Origin: a virus | Lineage: Duplodnaviria; Caudoviricetes | Virus record (IMG/VR): IMGVR_UViG_3300048034_000310 | Span: 1 to 35,749 of that record | DNA length: 35,749 bases | Strand: one strand, 5' to 3' | In this document: piece by piece, positions 25,081 through 34,525 of the stretch | Numbering within the stretch: the stretch's first letter is position 1 | Layout of the letters: every line of letters starts with the position of its first letter | The notes under the pieces: model-generated | Databases searched by the model: none | What the model saw: the letters and a program-made list of their open reading frames with translations, nothing else | Told to the model about the DNA's origin: nothing | Made by a program: the position numbers and the translations under genes

Positions 25081-25576
25081 AATTTACATATTACTTTTTG
25101 TTGTAGCAATCTTAGGTGGCATCGGTTACGGTGCCAAATACTATTATGACACTACACAAAATAAAATTGCAGTATTGCAAAAGAATAATGCAACATTAGA
25201 AGTAGCAGCTCAAACTGCTCAAACGAGTGTTGAAACTCTTCAAGCCGATATGATAAGACTTGGAGACATTAATAAAAAATTACAAATGAGTCTACAAAAA
25301 GCAGAAGCATATGGTGATGAACTTAGAGTTAAACTAAGTAAACTAAACCTAGTTGTAGAAGCTTTAAAAGATTCAAAACAATTAGAAGGAAAAATGAATG
25401 GCGCTTCAGCGGAACTTTGGCGTGGTATCATGGATGACACTGGTAATACCTCTGTCCTTCCTGCTCCTAACTGGTTGCAGCAGTCTCCAGATGGAACCGG
25501 AGATCAAAGTAGTAACCAAAGTGGAAAAGGTTCAGATACCGGTAGTAGCACGCCCGAAGCCAGTACAACTAAGTGA
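25073..25576 (+). CDS. Putative inner-membrane spanin (Rz-like)
   Basis: N-terminal TM helix followed by a long coiled coil; overlaps a lipoprotein gene. Confidence 0.7.
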   Translation: MARIYILLFVVAILGGIGYGAKYYYDTTQNKIAVLQKNNATLEVAAQTAQTSVETLQADMIRLGDINKKLQMSLQKAEAYGDELRVKLSKLNLVVEALKDSKQLEGKMNGASAELWRGIMDDTGNTSVLPAPNWLQQSPDGTGDQSSNQSGKGSDTGSSTPEASTTK

Positions 25577-25793
25577 TACAAGAGTATTTGTAGTTACTAA
25601 AGATAACTTTGATGAATTCAAAAAAGAGTTTACTGAGTTATATGGTGATCTAGCTTTTGTCGCACTTAGCATGAAGGATTATGAAAATCTGGCTCTTAAT
25701 TTGGCCGACCTTCGAAGATATATAAATCAACAAAATGAAGTTATTATATATTATGAAAAAGCGGTCAAAGAGGAACCAGAAGGAGAACAATAA
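25434..25793 (+). CDS. Putative outer-membrane spanin lipoprotein (Rz1-like)
   Basis: Signal peptide with lipobox LLLTGC and Pro-containing segment; overlaps the Rz-like gene in another frame (alternative start 25398). Confidence 0.7.
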   Translation: MTLVIPLSFLLLTGCSSLQMEPEIKVVTKVEKVQIPVVARPKPVQLSDTRVFVVTKDNFDEFKKEFTELYGDLAFVALSMKDYENLALNLADLRRYINQQNEVIIYYEKAVKEEPEGEQ

Positions 25794-26374
25794 TGGAATT
25801 TATCGTAGATCAATTAGTCACTTGGTGGCAGTTTACCGTAGTAGGTATTTTAATTATTTTAGGATTTATTATCAATCTATTCGGTGTTGATCAAGACGAT
25901 GACATTATTGGATTCGAATATTCAGATATGCCTAAGCTTAAACCACTTCGTATTCCAACTGCAGGAAAAGGCTTTTGGAGTGCTATATGGATGTGGTTAA
26001 CAGGCACTAGACATTGGGAAGTTGCAGAAGATTGGAACTATAAAATTGGTGGAGAATCATATGTGATTCCAGCTGGATTTAAGTTTGATGGTGCATCAAT
26101 TCCTAAGTTTCTACACACATGGTTGTCTCCTACAGGTGTTTTACTTATGGGTGGTTTAGTGCATGACTATGCATACAAATATGCTACTTTACTTAAATCA
26201 AACAAGAAATCAACTATGGGTGATATTGATCAAAAGAAAGCTGATGAGATATTCCGCGATATCAATATTGAACAGAATGGTTTTCATTTCTTAAACAAAT
26301 TAGCTTATTGGGCTTTACGTATTGGCGGCTTCATGGCATGGAACAGTCATCGTAAAGTAAATTCAAAAATTTAG
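25793..26374 (+). CDS. DUF1353-like protein with N-terminal TM helix
   Basis: IPAGFKFDGASIP, VHDYAY, KKADEIF. Confidence 0.8.
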   Translation: MEFIVDQLVTWWQFTVVGILIILGFIINLFGVDQDDDIIGFEYSDMPKLKPLRIPTAGKGFWSAIWMWLTGTRHWEVAEDWNYKIGGESYVIPAGFKFDGASIPKFLHTWLSPTGVLLMGGLVHDYAYKYATLLKSNKKSTMGDIDQKKADEIFRDINIEQNGFHFLNKLAYWALRIGGFMAWNSHRKVNSKI

Positions 26375-26384
26375 AAAAAAACAG

Positions 26385-26413
26385 TTTACAAATGGCTCAT
26401 AGTGTGATATAAT
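26385..26413 (+). promoter_or_regulatory. Sigma70-like promoter for the nrd operon
   Basis: TTTACA-17-TATAAT. Confidence 0.8.
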
Positions 26414-26444
26414 ATATCTACAAATTGAGAAAGCGGAGTAGTCA

Positions 26445-28733
26445 ATGAATAATAAAATTATGGTAACCAAGCGTAATGGAAGAGGTCAAGAACACTTTGA
26501 CCTTGAAAAAGTACACAAGGTTTTGGAATGGGCGACTGTAGATATATCAGGTGTATCAATATCTGAAATCGAATTGCGTTCTAATATTCAGTTATATGAT
26601 GGTATAAAGGCTTATGATATTCATGAGCTATTAATCAAATCTGCATCAGAATTAATTAGTGATGCTACACCTAACTATCAGTATGTAGCTGCTAGGCTAA
26701 TTAACTATAAACTTCGTAAAGAAGTATATGGACAGTTTGAACCTTGGCTATTCTCTCATATTGTAGAAAAAAATGTTGAACGTGGTGTATATGATTCTGA
26801 AATCTTGGATAAGTATTCTACCGAAGAATTAGAAAAGCTAGAAACTTTTATTCAACATAAACGTGATAATGATTTTACTTATACTGGTATGGAACAGTTT
26901 AGAGGTAAATACTTAGTTCAAAATCGTAATACAAAAGAATGTTATGAAACTCCGCAAATTTTGTATATGATGATTGCAGCAACTCTTTTTGCTGATTATG
27001 GCAGAAATCGTTTAAAATGGGTTAAAGATTACTATGATGCTATTTCTCAGTTTTATATTTCATTACCTACTCCTATTATGGCTGGTCTTCGTACAGGAAC
27101 TAAACAGTTTTCTTCATGTGTATTAATTGAAGCAGGAGATTCTTTAGATTCTATTAATGCAACAAGTACATCTATTGTAAGATATATTTCAAAGAAAGCT
27201 GGTATTGGTATTGGTGCTGGTTCTATTCGTGCTTTGGGTAGTAATATTCGTGATGGAGGTATTGTTCACACTGGTCTTATTCCATTTCTAAAATACTTTC
27301 AGGCTGCAGTTAAATCATGTTCTCAAGGTGGAGTAAGAGGCGGTGCAGCTACAGTATATTTCCCATTGTGGCATTATGAATTTGAAAATCTTGTTGTACT
27401 AAAAAACAATAAAGGAACTGAAGAAACTCGTGTAAGACAAATGGACTATGGCTTTCAGTTAAACAAACTTATGTATGAGCGTCTATTAGGTGGTGGTAAT
27501 ATTACATTCTTTTCTCCATCAGATGTTCCTGGCTTATATGAAGCTTTTTATGCAGATCAAGATGAGTTTAAACGTCTTTATGAAATGTATGAAGCAGAAA
27601 AATCTATTCGTAAAGTATCTATGCCAGCAATGGAAGTGTTTAGTCAGTTAATAACAGAAAGAAAAGATACTGGTAGAATTTACATTATGAATGTGGATCA
27701 TGCAAATGAGCATGGATCATTCTTACCTGAAAAAGCTCCAATTCGTATGAGCAATTTGTGTTGTGAGATTGATTTACCTACAAAGCCTTTGTCGTCTTCT
27801 GATGACGAGGAAGGTGAAATTTCATTATGCACTTTATCTGCAATCAATTGGGGATTAATTAATGCACCTAAAGAATTTAAAAAATATTGTAATCTTGCAG
27901 TTCGAGCTCTTGACTCACTACTTGATTACCAAGACTATCCAGTTCCAGCAGCACATAGAAGCACTATGGACAGGCGCCCTCTTGGTGTGGGAATCATTAA
28001 CCTGGCACATTTTTTGGCTAAAAGAGGGCTTAAGTATGATGATGGCTCCCTTCAAACCATTGATGAATATGCTGAGGCTTGGAGTTACTACCTTATTAAA
28101 GCAAGTGTGGAACTTGCTAAAGAACGTGGGCAATGCATACGTAGCTCTGACACCAAGTATCATCAAGGACTGTTTCCAAAAGATACATATAAAAAAGAAG
28201 TAGATGAGCTAATTAAACCCAAAGAAAGAATGAGATGGAAGTCACTTAAGAAAGATGTAATGGAACATGGTATCCGTAACTCTACTTTAATGGCTTTAAT
28301 GCCAGCTGAAACTTCAGCTCAGATATCTAATTCAACTAATGGTATTGAACCACCACGTGCTTTAGTATCATATAAACAAAGTAAAGACGGTGTAATGGCT
28401 CAGGTAGTACCTGGCTATCATCATTTAAAGAATAAATACGATTTACTATGGGATCAACCAAACCCATCGGGTTATCTCAAAATTATGGCTGTTCTACAAA
28501 AATATATAGATCAAGGCATATCAGTAAATACGTCATATAATCCTGAAAGATTTGAAGACAATAAAGTTCCTATGTCTCAAATGATTACGGATCTTGTGAC
28601 GTTTTATAAGTACGGTGGTAAGCAATTATATTATAACAACACATATGATGGATCAGGTGAAATGTTAGAGTCACATGTAGATTTACCAACAGAGCTGCAA
28701 GACGATGAAAACTGTGATAGTTGTGTTATTTAA
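26445..28733 (+). CDS. nrdA: Class Ia ribonucleotide reductase alpha subunit
   Basis: ATP cone VTKRNG, FSSCVL, CSQGGVRGG, SNLCCEI, PAETS, KQLYY, C-terminal CDSC. Confidence 0.97.
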   Translation: MNNKIMVTKRNGRGQEHFDLEKVHKVLEWATVDISGVSISEIELRSNIQLYDGIKAYDIHELLIKSASELISDATPNYQYVAARLINYKLRKEVYGQFEPWLFSHIVEKNVERGVYDSEILDKYSTEELEKLETFIQHKRDNDFTYTGMEQFRGKYLVQNRNTKECYETPQILYMMIAATLFADYGRNRLKWVKDYYDAISQFYISLPTPIMAGLRTGTKQFSSCVLIEAGDSLDSINATSTSIVRYISKKAGIGIGAGSIRALGSNIRDGGIVHTGLIPFLKYFQAAVKSCSQGGVRGGAATVYFPLWHYEFENLVVLKNNKGTEETRVRQMDYGFQLNKLMYERLLGGGNITFFSPSDVPGLYEAFYADQDEFKRLYEMYEAEKSIRKVSMPAMEVFSQLITERKDTGRIYIMNVDHANEHGSFLPEKAPIRMSNLCCEIDLPTKPLSSSDDEEGEISLCTLSAINWGLINAPKEFKKYCNLAVRALDSLLDYQDYPVPAAHRSTMDRRPLGVGIINLAHFLAKRGLKYDDGSLQTIDEYAEAWSYYLIKASVELAKERGQCIRSSDTKYHQGLFPKDTYKKEVDELIKPKERMRWKSLKKDVMEHGIRNSTLMALMPAETSAQISNSTNGIEPPRALVSYKQSKDGVMAQVVPGYHHLKNKYDLLWDQPNPSGYLKIMAVLQKYIDQGISVNTSYNPERFEDNKVPMSQMITDLVTFYKYGGKQLYYNNTYDGSGEMLESHVDLPTELQDDENCDSCVI

Positions 28734-28747
28734 AAAGGAAAGAAGAA

Positions 28748-29869
28748 ATGTCAGTATTTAAACAAAAGAAAAAATCACACATCGAGTCACAGATGTTTTT
28801 TGATGAAGGAGTGGATATTGCACGCTATGATATGCTAAAGTATCCAGCATTAGATAAGATTACAGATAAAATGCTTGGATTCTTTTGGCGTCCAGAAGAA
28901 ATTGATGTTACTAAAGATAGATCAGATTTTGATAATCTTACAGTACATGAAAAGCATATTTTTACATCAAATCTAAAACGTCAAATCTTATTGGATTCTG
29001 TTCAAGGTCGTGGTCCAACAGAGACATTAATGCCAATTGCATCTATTCCAGAAATAGAGCCATTAGTACAAACTTGGGCATTTATGGAAACAATCCATAG
29101 CCGTTCTTATACTCATATTATACGTAATGTATATCCTAATCCTTCGGCTGTATTTGATGAAATGCTAGACATTAATGAAATTGCTGATTGTGCTACAGAT
29201 ATTTCTAAGTACTATGATGAGTGTATTGAATATTGTAAATGGTGGTCTTTATTAGGTGAAGGTGTCCATAAAGTAAATGGCACACAGTTTCAGATTGACA
29301 GGTTTGAGATGAAACGTAAATTGTGGATGGCACTTAATTCAATTAACGTATTAGAAGGTGTTAGGTTCTATGTATCTTTTGCTTGTTCTTGGGCATTTGC
29401 TGAGCTTAAACGCATGGAAGGTAATGCAAAGATTATTAAGTTTATTGCAAGGGATGAGAATACACACCTAGCTGCAAGCCAAACTATACTTAAGACTTTG
29501 CCTAAAGAAGATCCAGACTTTGCTAAAATTAAAGATCAGCAAGAGTCACAAGTAACTAAAATGTTTGTTGATGCTGTAGATCAAGAAAAAGTATGGGCTG
29601 ATTATCTATTTAAGGACGGTTCTATGATTGGCCTTAATGCTAAGCTCCTATATAGTTATATCGAATGGATTGCTGCAAAACGTATGAAAGCACTTGGTAT
29701 CGTTTCTCCTTATTCTACTCCACAGGCTAATCCTTTACCTTGGACAGAAAAATGGATTGGCGGTGGTAATGTACAAGTTGCACCTCAAGAAACTGAAATC
29801 AGTTCATATGTTATCGGCGGCATGAAACAAGATATGGATAATGATTTACTGAAAGGAATGAGTCTATAA
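28748..29869 (+). CDS. nrdB: Class Ia ribonucleotide reductase beta subunit
   Basis: FFWRPEE, DSVQGR, ETIHSRSY, EGVRFYVSF, RDENTH, VAPQETEISSY. Confidence 0.97.
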   Translation: MSVFKQKKKSHIESQMFFDEGVDIARYDMLKYPALDKITDKMLGFFWRPEEIDVTKDRSDFDNLTVHEKHIFTSNLKRQILLDSVQGRGPTETLMPIASIPEIEPLVQTWAFMETIHSRSYTHIIRNVYPNPSAVFDEMLDINEIADCATDISKYYDECIEYCKWWSLLGEGVHKVNGTQFQIDRFEMKRKLWMALNSINVLEGVRFYVSFACSWAFAELKRMEGNAKIIKFIARDENTHLAASQTILKTLPKEDPDFAKIKDQQESQVTKMFVDAVDQEKVWADYLFKDGSMIGLNAKLLYSYIEWIAAKRMKALGIVSPYSTPQANPLPWTEKWIGGGNVQVAPQETEISSYVIGGMKQDMDNDLLKGMSL

Positions 29870-30156
29870 TGAAAATAGAATTAATAACTAGGCACACACC
29901 GCCGTGTGTCTATTGTGAAAGCGCAAAAGGGTTTCTTGATATGAAAAAGGTACCTTATGAAGAAACTGTTGTTGGTGCACATACAACTGCTAGTAGTAAT
30001 GGATATAAAAATCATATTACTAGAGAGCAACTTTTAGAACGGTTTCCAACTGCACGAAGCTTTCCAGTAGTAATAATTGATGGTAAACCTATTGGTGGAT
30101 TCCAACAACTTAAAGACTACTTTCTATCAGCAGCTGTATCAGGGTTATCGCTATGA
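29869..30156 (+). CDS. Glutaredoxin (NrdC-like)
   Basis: CVYC, SFPVVIIDGKPIGGF. Confidence 0.9.
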   Translation: MKIELITRHTPPCVYCESAKGFLDMKKVPYEETVVGAHTTASSNGYKNHITREQLLERFPTARSFPVVIIDGKPIGGFQQLKDYFLSAAVSGLSL

Positions 30157-30317
30157 ATGAATGCTGGTCCTGTAAAGCTAAGTTTAAAGTAAAATTCGAT
30201 GATGAAGATCAAGCAATAGCATTCTGTCCTGCCTGTGGAGAAGAAATGTTCGAAGAGATAAATATATCTGAAGGACATTTTATCGTTGACGACACAGGTG
30301 AAGAAGAGTGGGAATGA
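30153..30317 (+). CDS. Small zinc-ribbon protein
   Basis: Read by hand: MNECWSCKAKFKVKFDDEDQAIAFCPACGEE...WE (CxxC...CxxC, acidic tail); ATGA coupling at both ends. Confidence 0.7.
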   Translation: MNECWSCKAKFKVKFDDEDQAIAFCPACGEEMFEEINISEGHFIVDDTGEEEWE

Positions 30318-30724
30318 CTTGGTACTATAAAGATTTAGAATACACAGAAACACCAGAAGATTATCATGGATTTGTCTATATAATAACTGAAACAGATACG
30401 GGGAAAATGTATGTCGGCAAGAAATTCTTTTGGAAGCCAAAAACACTACCAATCACAAAAACCAGAAAGCGACGAGTTAAGACGCGTGTTGAGAGCGATT
30501 GGAGAACTTATTATGGATCTTCTAAGGAAGTACAGATTTTAGTTGAAGAAAAAGGCAAAGACAATTATAGAAGAGACATACTTCATTTATGTAAGACTAA
30601 AGGTGAATGCTCATACCTAGAAGCAAAAGAGCAATTCGACCGAGGTGTATTACTACACGACGGATATTATAACGAATTTATTGGATGTAAAATACATTCT
30701 AAGCATATTAGGGGTTTACAATGA
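30314..30724 (+). CDS. GIY-YIG family endonuclease
   Basis: GFVYIITETDTGKMYVGKK, YYGSS, E and YN conserved positions. Confidence 0.8.
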   Translation: MTWYYKDLEYTETPEDYHGFVYIITETDTGKMYVGKKFFWKPKTLPITKTRKRRVKTRVESDWRTYYGSSKEVQILVEEKGKDNYRRDILHLCKTKGECSYLEAKEQFDRGVLLHDGYYNEFIGCKIHSKHIRGLQ

Positions 30725-30743
30725 CGTCAAAATGTGTTATAAT
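30715..30743 (+). promoter_or_regulatory. Sigma70-like promoter
   Basis: TTTACA-17-TATAAT. Confidence 0.75.
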
Positions 30744-30752
30744 AATAGTATT

Positions 30753-31109
30753 ATGAAAAAAGGTGGTGACAATATAATTCCGTTTCCTTTGCAGGAAAAA
30801 TACTCAGTAGAAGATTATGATCTGGATGCTACATATCATGTCTTTGATGTAATTACCGATGAGTTAGAAGAAATGGGATATGATGTGGAAAACCAGCAGC
30901 TTAAAAAAGATATAGCTGTTTTGGCTAACTTACTTTTTGCTTCTTTCCAAAGGAATCATAAGAATAGTGAACACGTCTTTCATTTTATATTGGATGAATG
31001 TGATGTGATGATAGCAGCTGCAAAAGAGTATATGGATCTTTTAGAAGCTAAAAAACAAGATAATGTAATAGATGATGGGAACCCAACAAATGATAATAAT
31101 CGATTATAA
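30753..31109 (+). CDS. Hypothetical protein
   Basis: ATG just after the promoter; NIIPFP N-terminal motif. Confidence 0.65.
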   Translation: MKKGGDNIIPFPLQEKYSVEDYDLDATYHVFDVITDELEEMGYDVENQQLKKDIAVLANLLFASFQRNHKNSEHVFHFILDECDVMIAAAKEYMDLLEAKKQDNVIDDGNPTNDNNRL

Positions 31110-31947
31110 TGCAATAGCAATTGCCGGCGTAGTAACACAGAAAATGCAAATAGACGAACACCTAATTCGTCATATGATTCTTAATACTATTCGAATGTAT
31201 AACAAAAAGTTTCGTGATGAGTACGGTACTGTTGTTATTGCTTGTGATCATTCATCATGGCGTAAAGAAGTATTCCCACAGTATAAAGCTTCTCGTAAAA
31301 AAGGCAGGGAAGAATCGTCTATGGATTGGAATGAAGTCTTTCGTATTATTAATAGTGTACGAGAAGAAATTCTAGAAAATATGCCATACAAAGTTATCCA
31401 TGTAGAGCGTTGTGAGGCCGATGATATTATTGGCACTTTAGTTTATAAGACTCAGGAGTTTGGACAAAACGAACCTGTTATGATTATTTCAGCTGATAAA
31501 GACTTTATTCAGCTACATAAATTTAATAACGTTCGTCAATATAGTCCTATGCAAAAGAAATTTGTACAACATGAAAACCCTCGTTTATATGCATTAGAGC
31601 ACGTCCTTAAAGGTGACAGCGGTGATGGTGTACCTAATGTACTTAGTCAAGATGATTGCTTTGTAGAAGGTATTCGTCAAACACCAGTTACTCAAAAGAA
31701 AATTGATGCTATTCTAGCTGATTTAGATGATGGTGAGTTACTTTATGCAGCTTCTTGGTATCGTAACTATCAACGTAATGATACACTAATTAATCTTGAA
31801 AATACTCCACAAGAGTTAAAGTCTGAGATTATAAATAAATTTGAAGAACAAGATCCATGGCATAAAAAAGGTAAAATGTTTCCGTATTTTGTTCAAAAAA
31901 GATGTAAAATGTTAATTGAATGTATTGAGGATTTTAATAATGGCTAA
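31090..31947 (+). CDS. rnh: T4 RNase H-like 5'-3' exonuclease
   Basis: IIIDYN, WRKEVFPQYKASR, EADDIIG, SADKDFIQL, GDSGDGVPN. Confidence 0.93.
   Translation: MIIIDYNAIAIAGVVTQKMQIDEHLIRHMILNTIRMYNKKFRDEYGTVVIACDHSSWRKEVFPQYKASRKKGREESSMDWNEVFRIINSVREEILENMPYKVIHVERCEADDIIGTLVYKTQEFGQNEPVMIISADKDFIQLHKFNNVRQYSPMQKKFVQHENPRLYALEHVLKGDSGDGVPNVLSQDDCFVEGIRQTPVTQKKIDAILADLDDGELLYAASWYRNYQRNDTLINLENTPQELKSEIINKFEEQDPWHKKGKMFPYFVQKRCKMLIECIEDFNNG
31830..31837 (+). promoter_or_regulatory. T4-type late promoter inside rnh
   Basis: TATAAATA about 100 nt upstream of the 31940 gene. Confidence 0.5.
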
Positions 31948-32389
31948 ACCAATTGTTCCAACCAAACACACACTACACGAGGTATTAGAACTCGTAGGAA
32001 AAGCTCCCACCAAAGTAGATAAAGCAAAAGTATTAAAGCAATATGAAAGTGTTGCGCTTAAGTCTATTCTTAGAGGTGCTTTTGATGACTCATTAGAATT
32101 TAATCTACCAAAAGGTTCGCCTCCTTATGAAGAGTCTAGAAAAGGCGAAGCCCGTGCAGCTAATACGCATCAATCAGTAAAACGATTAGTCTACTTTATG
32201 AAAGGTGGGCAGGGTGATCAAATCATGGCTCCTAAACGAGAAAGGATGTTTATCTCTATTATTGAGACACTTCTTCCAGAGGATGCTGAAATCTTTATTG
32301 CTATGAAGGATAAGAAATTCATGGGTTTGTATAAGGGAGTTACAAAAAAACTTGTACAAGACACATGGCCGACATTAATAAAAGAATAA
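31940..32389 (+). CDS. Conserved T4-like hypothetical protein (DUF6433-like)
   Basis: FNLPKGSPPY, KRERMFISIIE; GAGG SD. Confidence 0.75.
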   Translation: MAKPIVPTKHTLHEVLELVGKAPTKVDKAKVLKQYESVALKSILRGAFDDSLEFNLPKGSPPYEESRKGEARAANTHQSVKRLVYFMKGGQGDQIMAPKRERMFISIIETLLPEDAEIFIAMKDKKFMGLYKGVTKKLVQDTWPTLIKE

Positions 32390-32424
32390 ATAAGGTTATG
32401 ATCAACACACATTACATTATAGGT

Positions 32425-32457
32425 GCTTACAACGAATTCTCGTTGTAGGCTTTTTTT
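32425..32457 (+). terminator. Rho-independent terminator
   Basis: GCTTACAACGA / TCGTTGTAGGC stem (one G-U) followed by T7. Confidence 0.8.
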
Positions 32458-32522
32458 AACTCTAGAATAGGAGCATAACTATTTCATTTGAAACTTCAAC
32501 CTCACAACGTAGGAGGAAAGAC

Positions 32523-32687
32523 TTGCAAGGATCACAAATCGAAAGATTAAAAAGAGATTCTAAAGAATTAAAACACTATATTAAAAAGCAAGAGAAAAGA
32601 GGAGATAGTAACCTAGTATACAAACTTAGAGCTAAGTATGAGTATCTTAATTCTAAGATATCTGAAGTTGAATTGGAAGTAGCATAA
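32523..32687 (+). CDS. Small basic helical protein, TTG start
   Basis: AGGAGG SD at 32511-32516; MQGSQIERLKRDSKELKHYIKK...ELEVA (54 aa), not in the ORF track. Confidence 0.65.
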   Translation: MQGSQIERLKRDSKELKHYIKKQEKRGDSNLVYKLRAKYEYLNSKISEVELEVA

Positions 32688-32695
32688 AATAATCC

Positions 32696-32724
32696 TTTAC
32701 AAATGGATTAAAATGTGATATAAT
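32696..32724 (+). promoter_or_regulatory. Sigma70-like promoter
   Basis: TTTACA-17-TATAAT. Confidence 0.8.
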
Positions 32725-32747
32725 ATATCTATATTATGGAGTAAAAT

Positions 32748-33314
32748 ATGAATATTTTTATACTTGACAAAGACCCAGTTTTGGCAGCACAGCTACAGTG
32801 TGACAAACATGTGGTTAAGATGATCGTGGAATCAGCTCAAATGCTGAGTACGGCACATAGAATGCTAGATGGTAAAATAGTAATGAAACCTTCAAGATCT
32901 GGTAAACGTATGATTAAGTACTATGACCTGTATGAAGGTGCAAATGATCTAGAAGCCGAAATGTTATACTATAGTGCTGTACACCACGGTCATCCATGTA
33001 CTAAATGGACAATGGAATCATCAGAAAACTACCGATGGCACCATAAACATTTTGTTGCATTGTGTGACGAATACACGCATCGTTATGGAAAGACTCATAA
33101 GACAGACAGACTACTACGATCACCATTGTGGACATTACCTAGAAATATTACTGAAGGCCCACTTACACCGTTTGCATTGGCTATGAAAGCTAATCCAGAA
33201 TGTATGTTTCCAGATGATCCTGTTAAGTCTTATAAATTATATTACCATACTAAAAAAGATAGATTTGCTATGTTATGGACAAACAGAGATACACCGGAGT
33301 GGTTTAATGGGTGA
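32748..33314 (+). CDS. Pyrimidine-dimer DNA glycosylase (DenV-like family)
   Basis: MNIFILD, DKHVVKMIVESAQMLST, HPCTKW, EYTHRYGKTH. Confidence 0.75.
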   Translation: MNIFILDKDPVLAAQLQCDKHVVKMIVESAQMLSTAHRMLDGKIVMKPSRSGKRMIKYYDLYEGANDLEAEMLYYSAVHHGHPCTKWTMESSENYRWHHKHFVALCDEYTHRYGKTHKTDRLLRSPLWTLPRNITEGPLTPFALAMKANPECMFPDDPVKSYKLYYHTKKDRFAMLWTNRDTPEWFNG

Positions 33315-33480
33315 AAGATATTGGGACTATATGGCAAGACGTTTACGTGAAGAATGTGAAAAGGATATAGACCGTATGTTTAGTCCTTGGGAAGCCTCCC
33401 GTAAAATTAGAGAACTTGAAAAAAGAATTGAGGAATTAGAAAATGCCAACGTACACGTTTCGGAACAAAAAGACGGGTGA
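33307..33480 (+). CDS. Small hypothetical protein
   Basis: MGERYWDYMARRL... with GGAG SD. Confidence 0.5.
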   Translation: MGERYWDYMARRLREECEKDIDRMFSPWEASRKIRELEKRIEELENANVHVSEQKDG

Positions 33481-33670
33481 AGAATTCGACCATTTTGTAA
33501 AGATGGACGATAAAGAAGCTTATATGAAAGAAAACAATCTTGAGCAAGTAATTACTGGTCTCAATATGGTACACCAAGCTGGTAATAGAATTCCAGTAGA
33601 TAATGGATTTAGAGAAGTGCAAGATAAGATTGCTCAAACACATACAAAGCATACTATGAATAGACATTAA
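33443..33670 (+). CDS. FmdB-like small protein (Cys-less)
   Basis: MPTYTFRNKKTGEEF; typical position upstream of phoH. Confidence 0.65.
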   Translation: MPTYTFRNKKTGEEFDHFVKMDDKEAYMKENNLEQVITGLNMVHQAGNRIPVDNGFREVQDKIAQTHTKHTMNRH

Positions 33671-33671
33671 A

Positions 33672-34355
33672 ATGGCTGCAAAAAGTTTAAAATTACGCTT
33701 AGAGGATATGGCGGAAATAGATCCTCTTACTCATAATCAAAAGAAAGCATATGAGGCTTATGAAGACGGAAACTCACTTGTCCTCGCCGGATCGGCTGGA
33801 ACTGGCAAAACATTTATGGCGTTATCCTTGGCTCTTGAGGATGTACTTGACAAGGAAATGCGATATGATAAAGTAGTTATTATTCGATCTATTGTACCAA
33901 CAAGAGATATTGGCTTCTTACCTGGTGATGAAGAAGAAAAGAAAGATGCTTATACTGGTCCATATAGATCTATATGTGCAGAACTTTTTAGTGACTCAGA
34001 CGCTTGGATGAAATTAAAGAATGCTGGTACAATACAATTTATGTCTACTTCTTTTATACGTGGACTTACAATTTCAAATGCAGTAATTGTATTAGATGAA
34101 ATGCAAAATCTTACTTTTCATGAATTAGATTCAATCATCACACGTGTAGGAGATAACTGTAGATTTATTATGTGTGGTGATTACTATCAAACAGACTTTC
34201 AAAAAGAAAATGACAAACAAGGAATACTAAAGTTTCTTTCTATCATTGAACAACTACGAGCTTTTGAAGTAGTTGAGTTTGGATGGGAAGATATCGTACG
34301 ATCTGATTTTGTACGAGACTATATAATGACTAAGGAAATGTTAAACTTGAAATAA
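33672..34355 (+). CDS. phoH: PhoH-like ATPase
   Basis: GSAGTGKT, IGFLPG, FIRGLT, DEMQN, TRVG, GDYYQTD, DIVRS. Confidence 0.95.
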   Translation: MAAKSLKLRLEDMAEIDPLTHNQKKAYEAYEDGNSLVLAGSAGTGKTFMALSLALEDVLDKEMRYDKVVIIRSIVPTRDIGFLPGDEEEKKDAYTGPYRSICAELFSDSDAWMKLKNAGTIQFMSTSFIRGLTISNAVIVLDEMQNLTFHELDSIITRVGDNCRFIMCGDYYQTDFQKENDKQGILKFLSIIEQLRAFEVVEFGWEDIVRSDFVRDYIMTKEMLNLK

Positions 34356-34366
34356 GGAACAAGCAA

Positions 34367-34525
34367 ATGGCTAAGTATCGTAGGTGGTCAACCGAGAATA
34401 AAAAAGCCGGACGTAAAAAAACTAGATCAAAACTTGGACTTACAAGTAGATTGCATAATATAATTAATAAAGATGAAAAAAATAATGAAAAATTTCGAAC
34501 ACTTAAATATAGACTTGGGCTATGA
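34367..34525 (+). CDS. Small basic hypothetical protein
   Basis: Read by hand: MAKYRRWSTENKKAGRKK... (52 aa), AAGGA SD. Confidence 0.5.
   Translation: MAKYRRWSTENKKAGRKKTRSKLGLTSRLHNIINKDEKNNEKFRTLKYRLGL

Noticed and set aside
26445-29869. Introns or inteins in nrdA/nrdB (also checked gp43, gp41, uvsX)
   Set aside because: ORFs are continuous and of normal length, with no splicing motifs seen
30314-30724. Mobile homing endonuclease
   Set aside because: Short catalytic-only GIY-YIG protein with no DNA-binding extension, coupled into the operon; more likely a resident nuclease
999-32724. Recurring TTTACA...TGATATAATA motif as a CRISPR array or mobile-element ends
   Set aside because: Copies are dispersed, always upstream of genes with fixed 17-bp spacing, so they are promoters. 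The exonuclease at 34485 has no cas context
1246-33667. Minus-strand ORFs and alternate-frame + strand ORFs in the track (e.g. 22896-23270, 20520-20864, 30117-30452, 4587-4934, 11383-11742, 27862-28203)
   Set aside because: They are shadows of well-supported + strand genes, with no motifs or SD support
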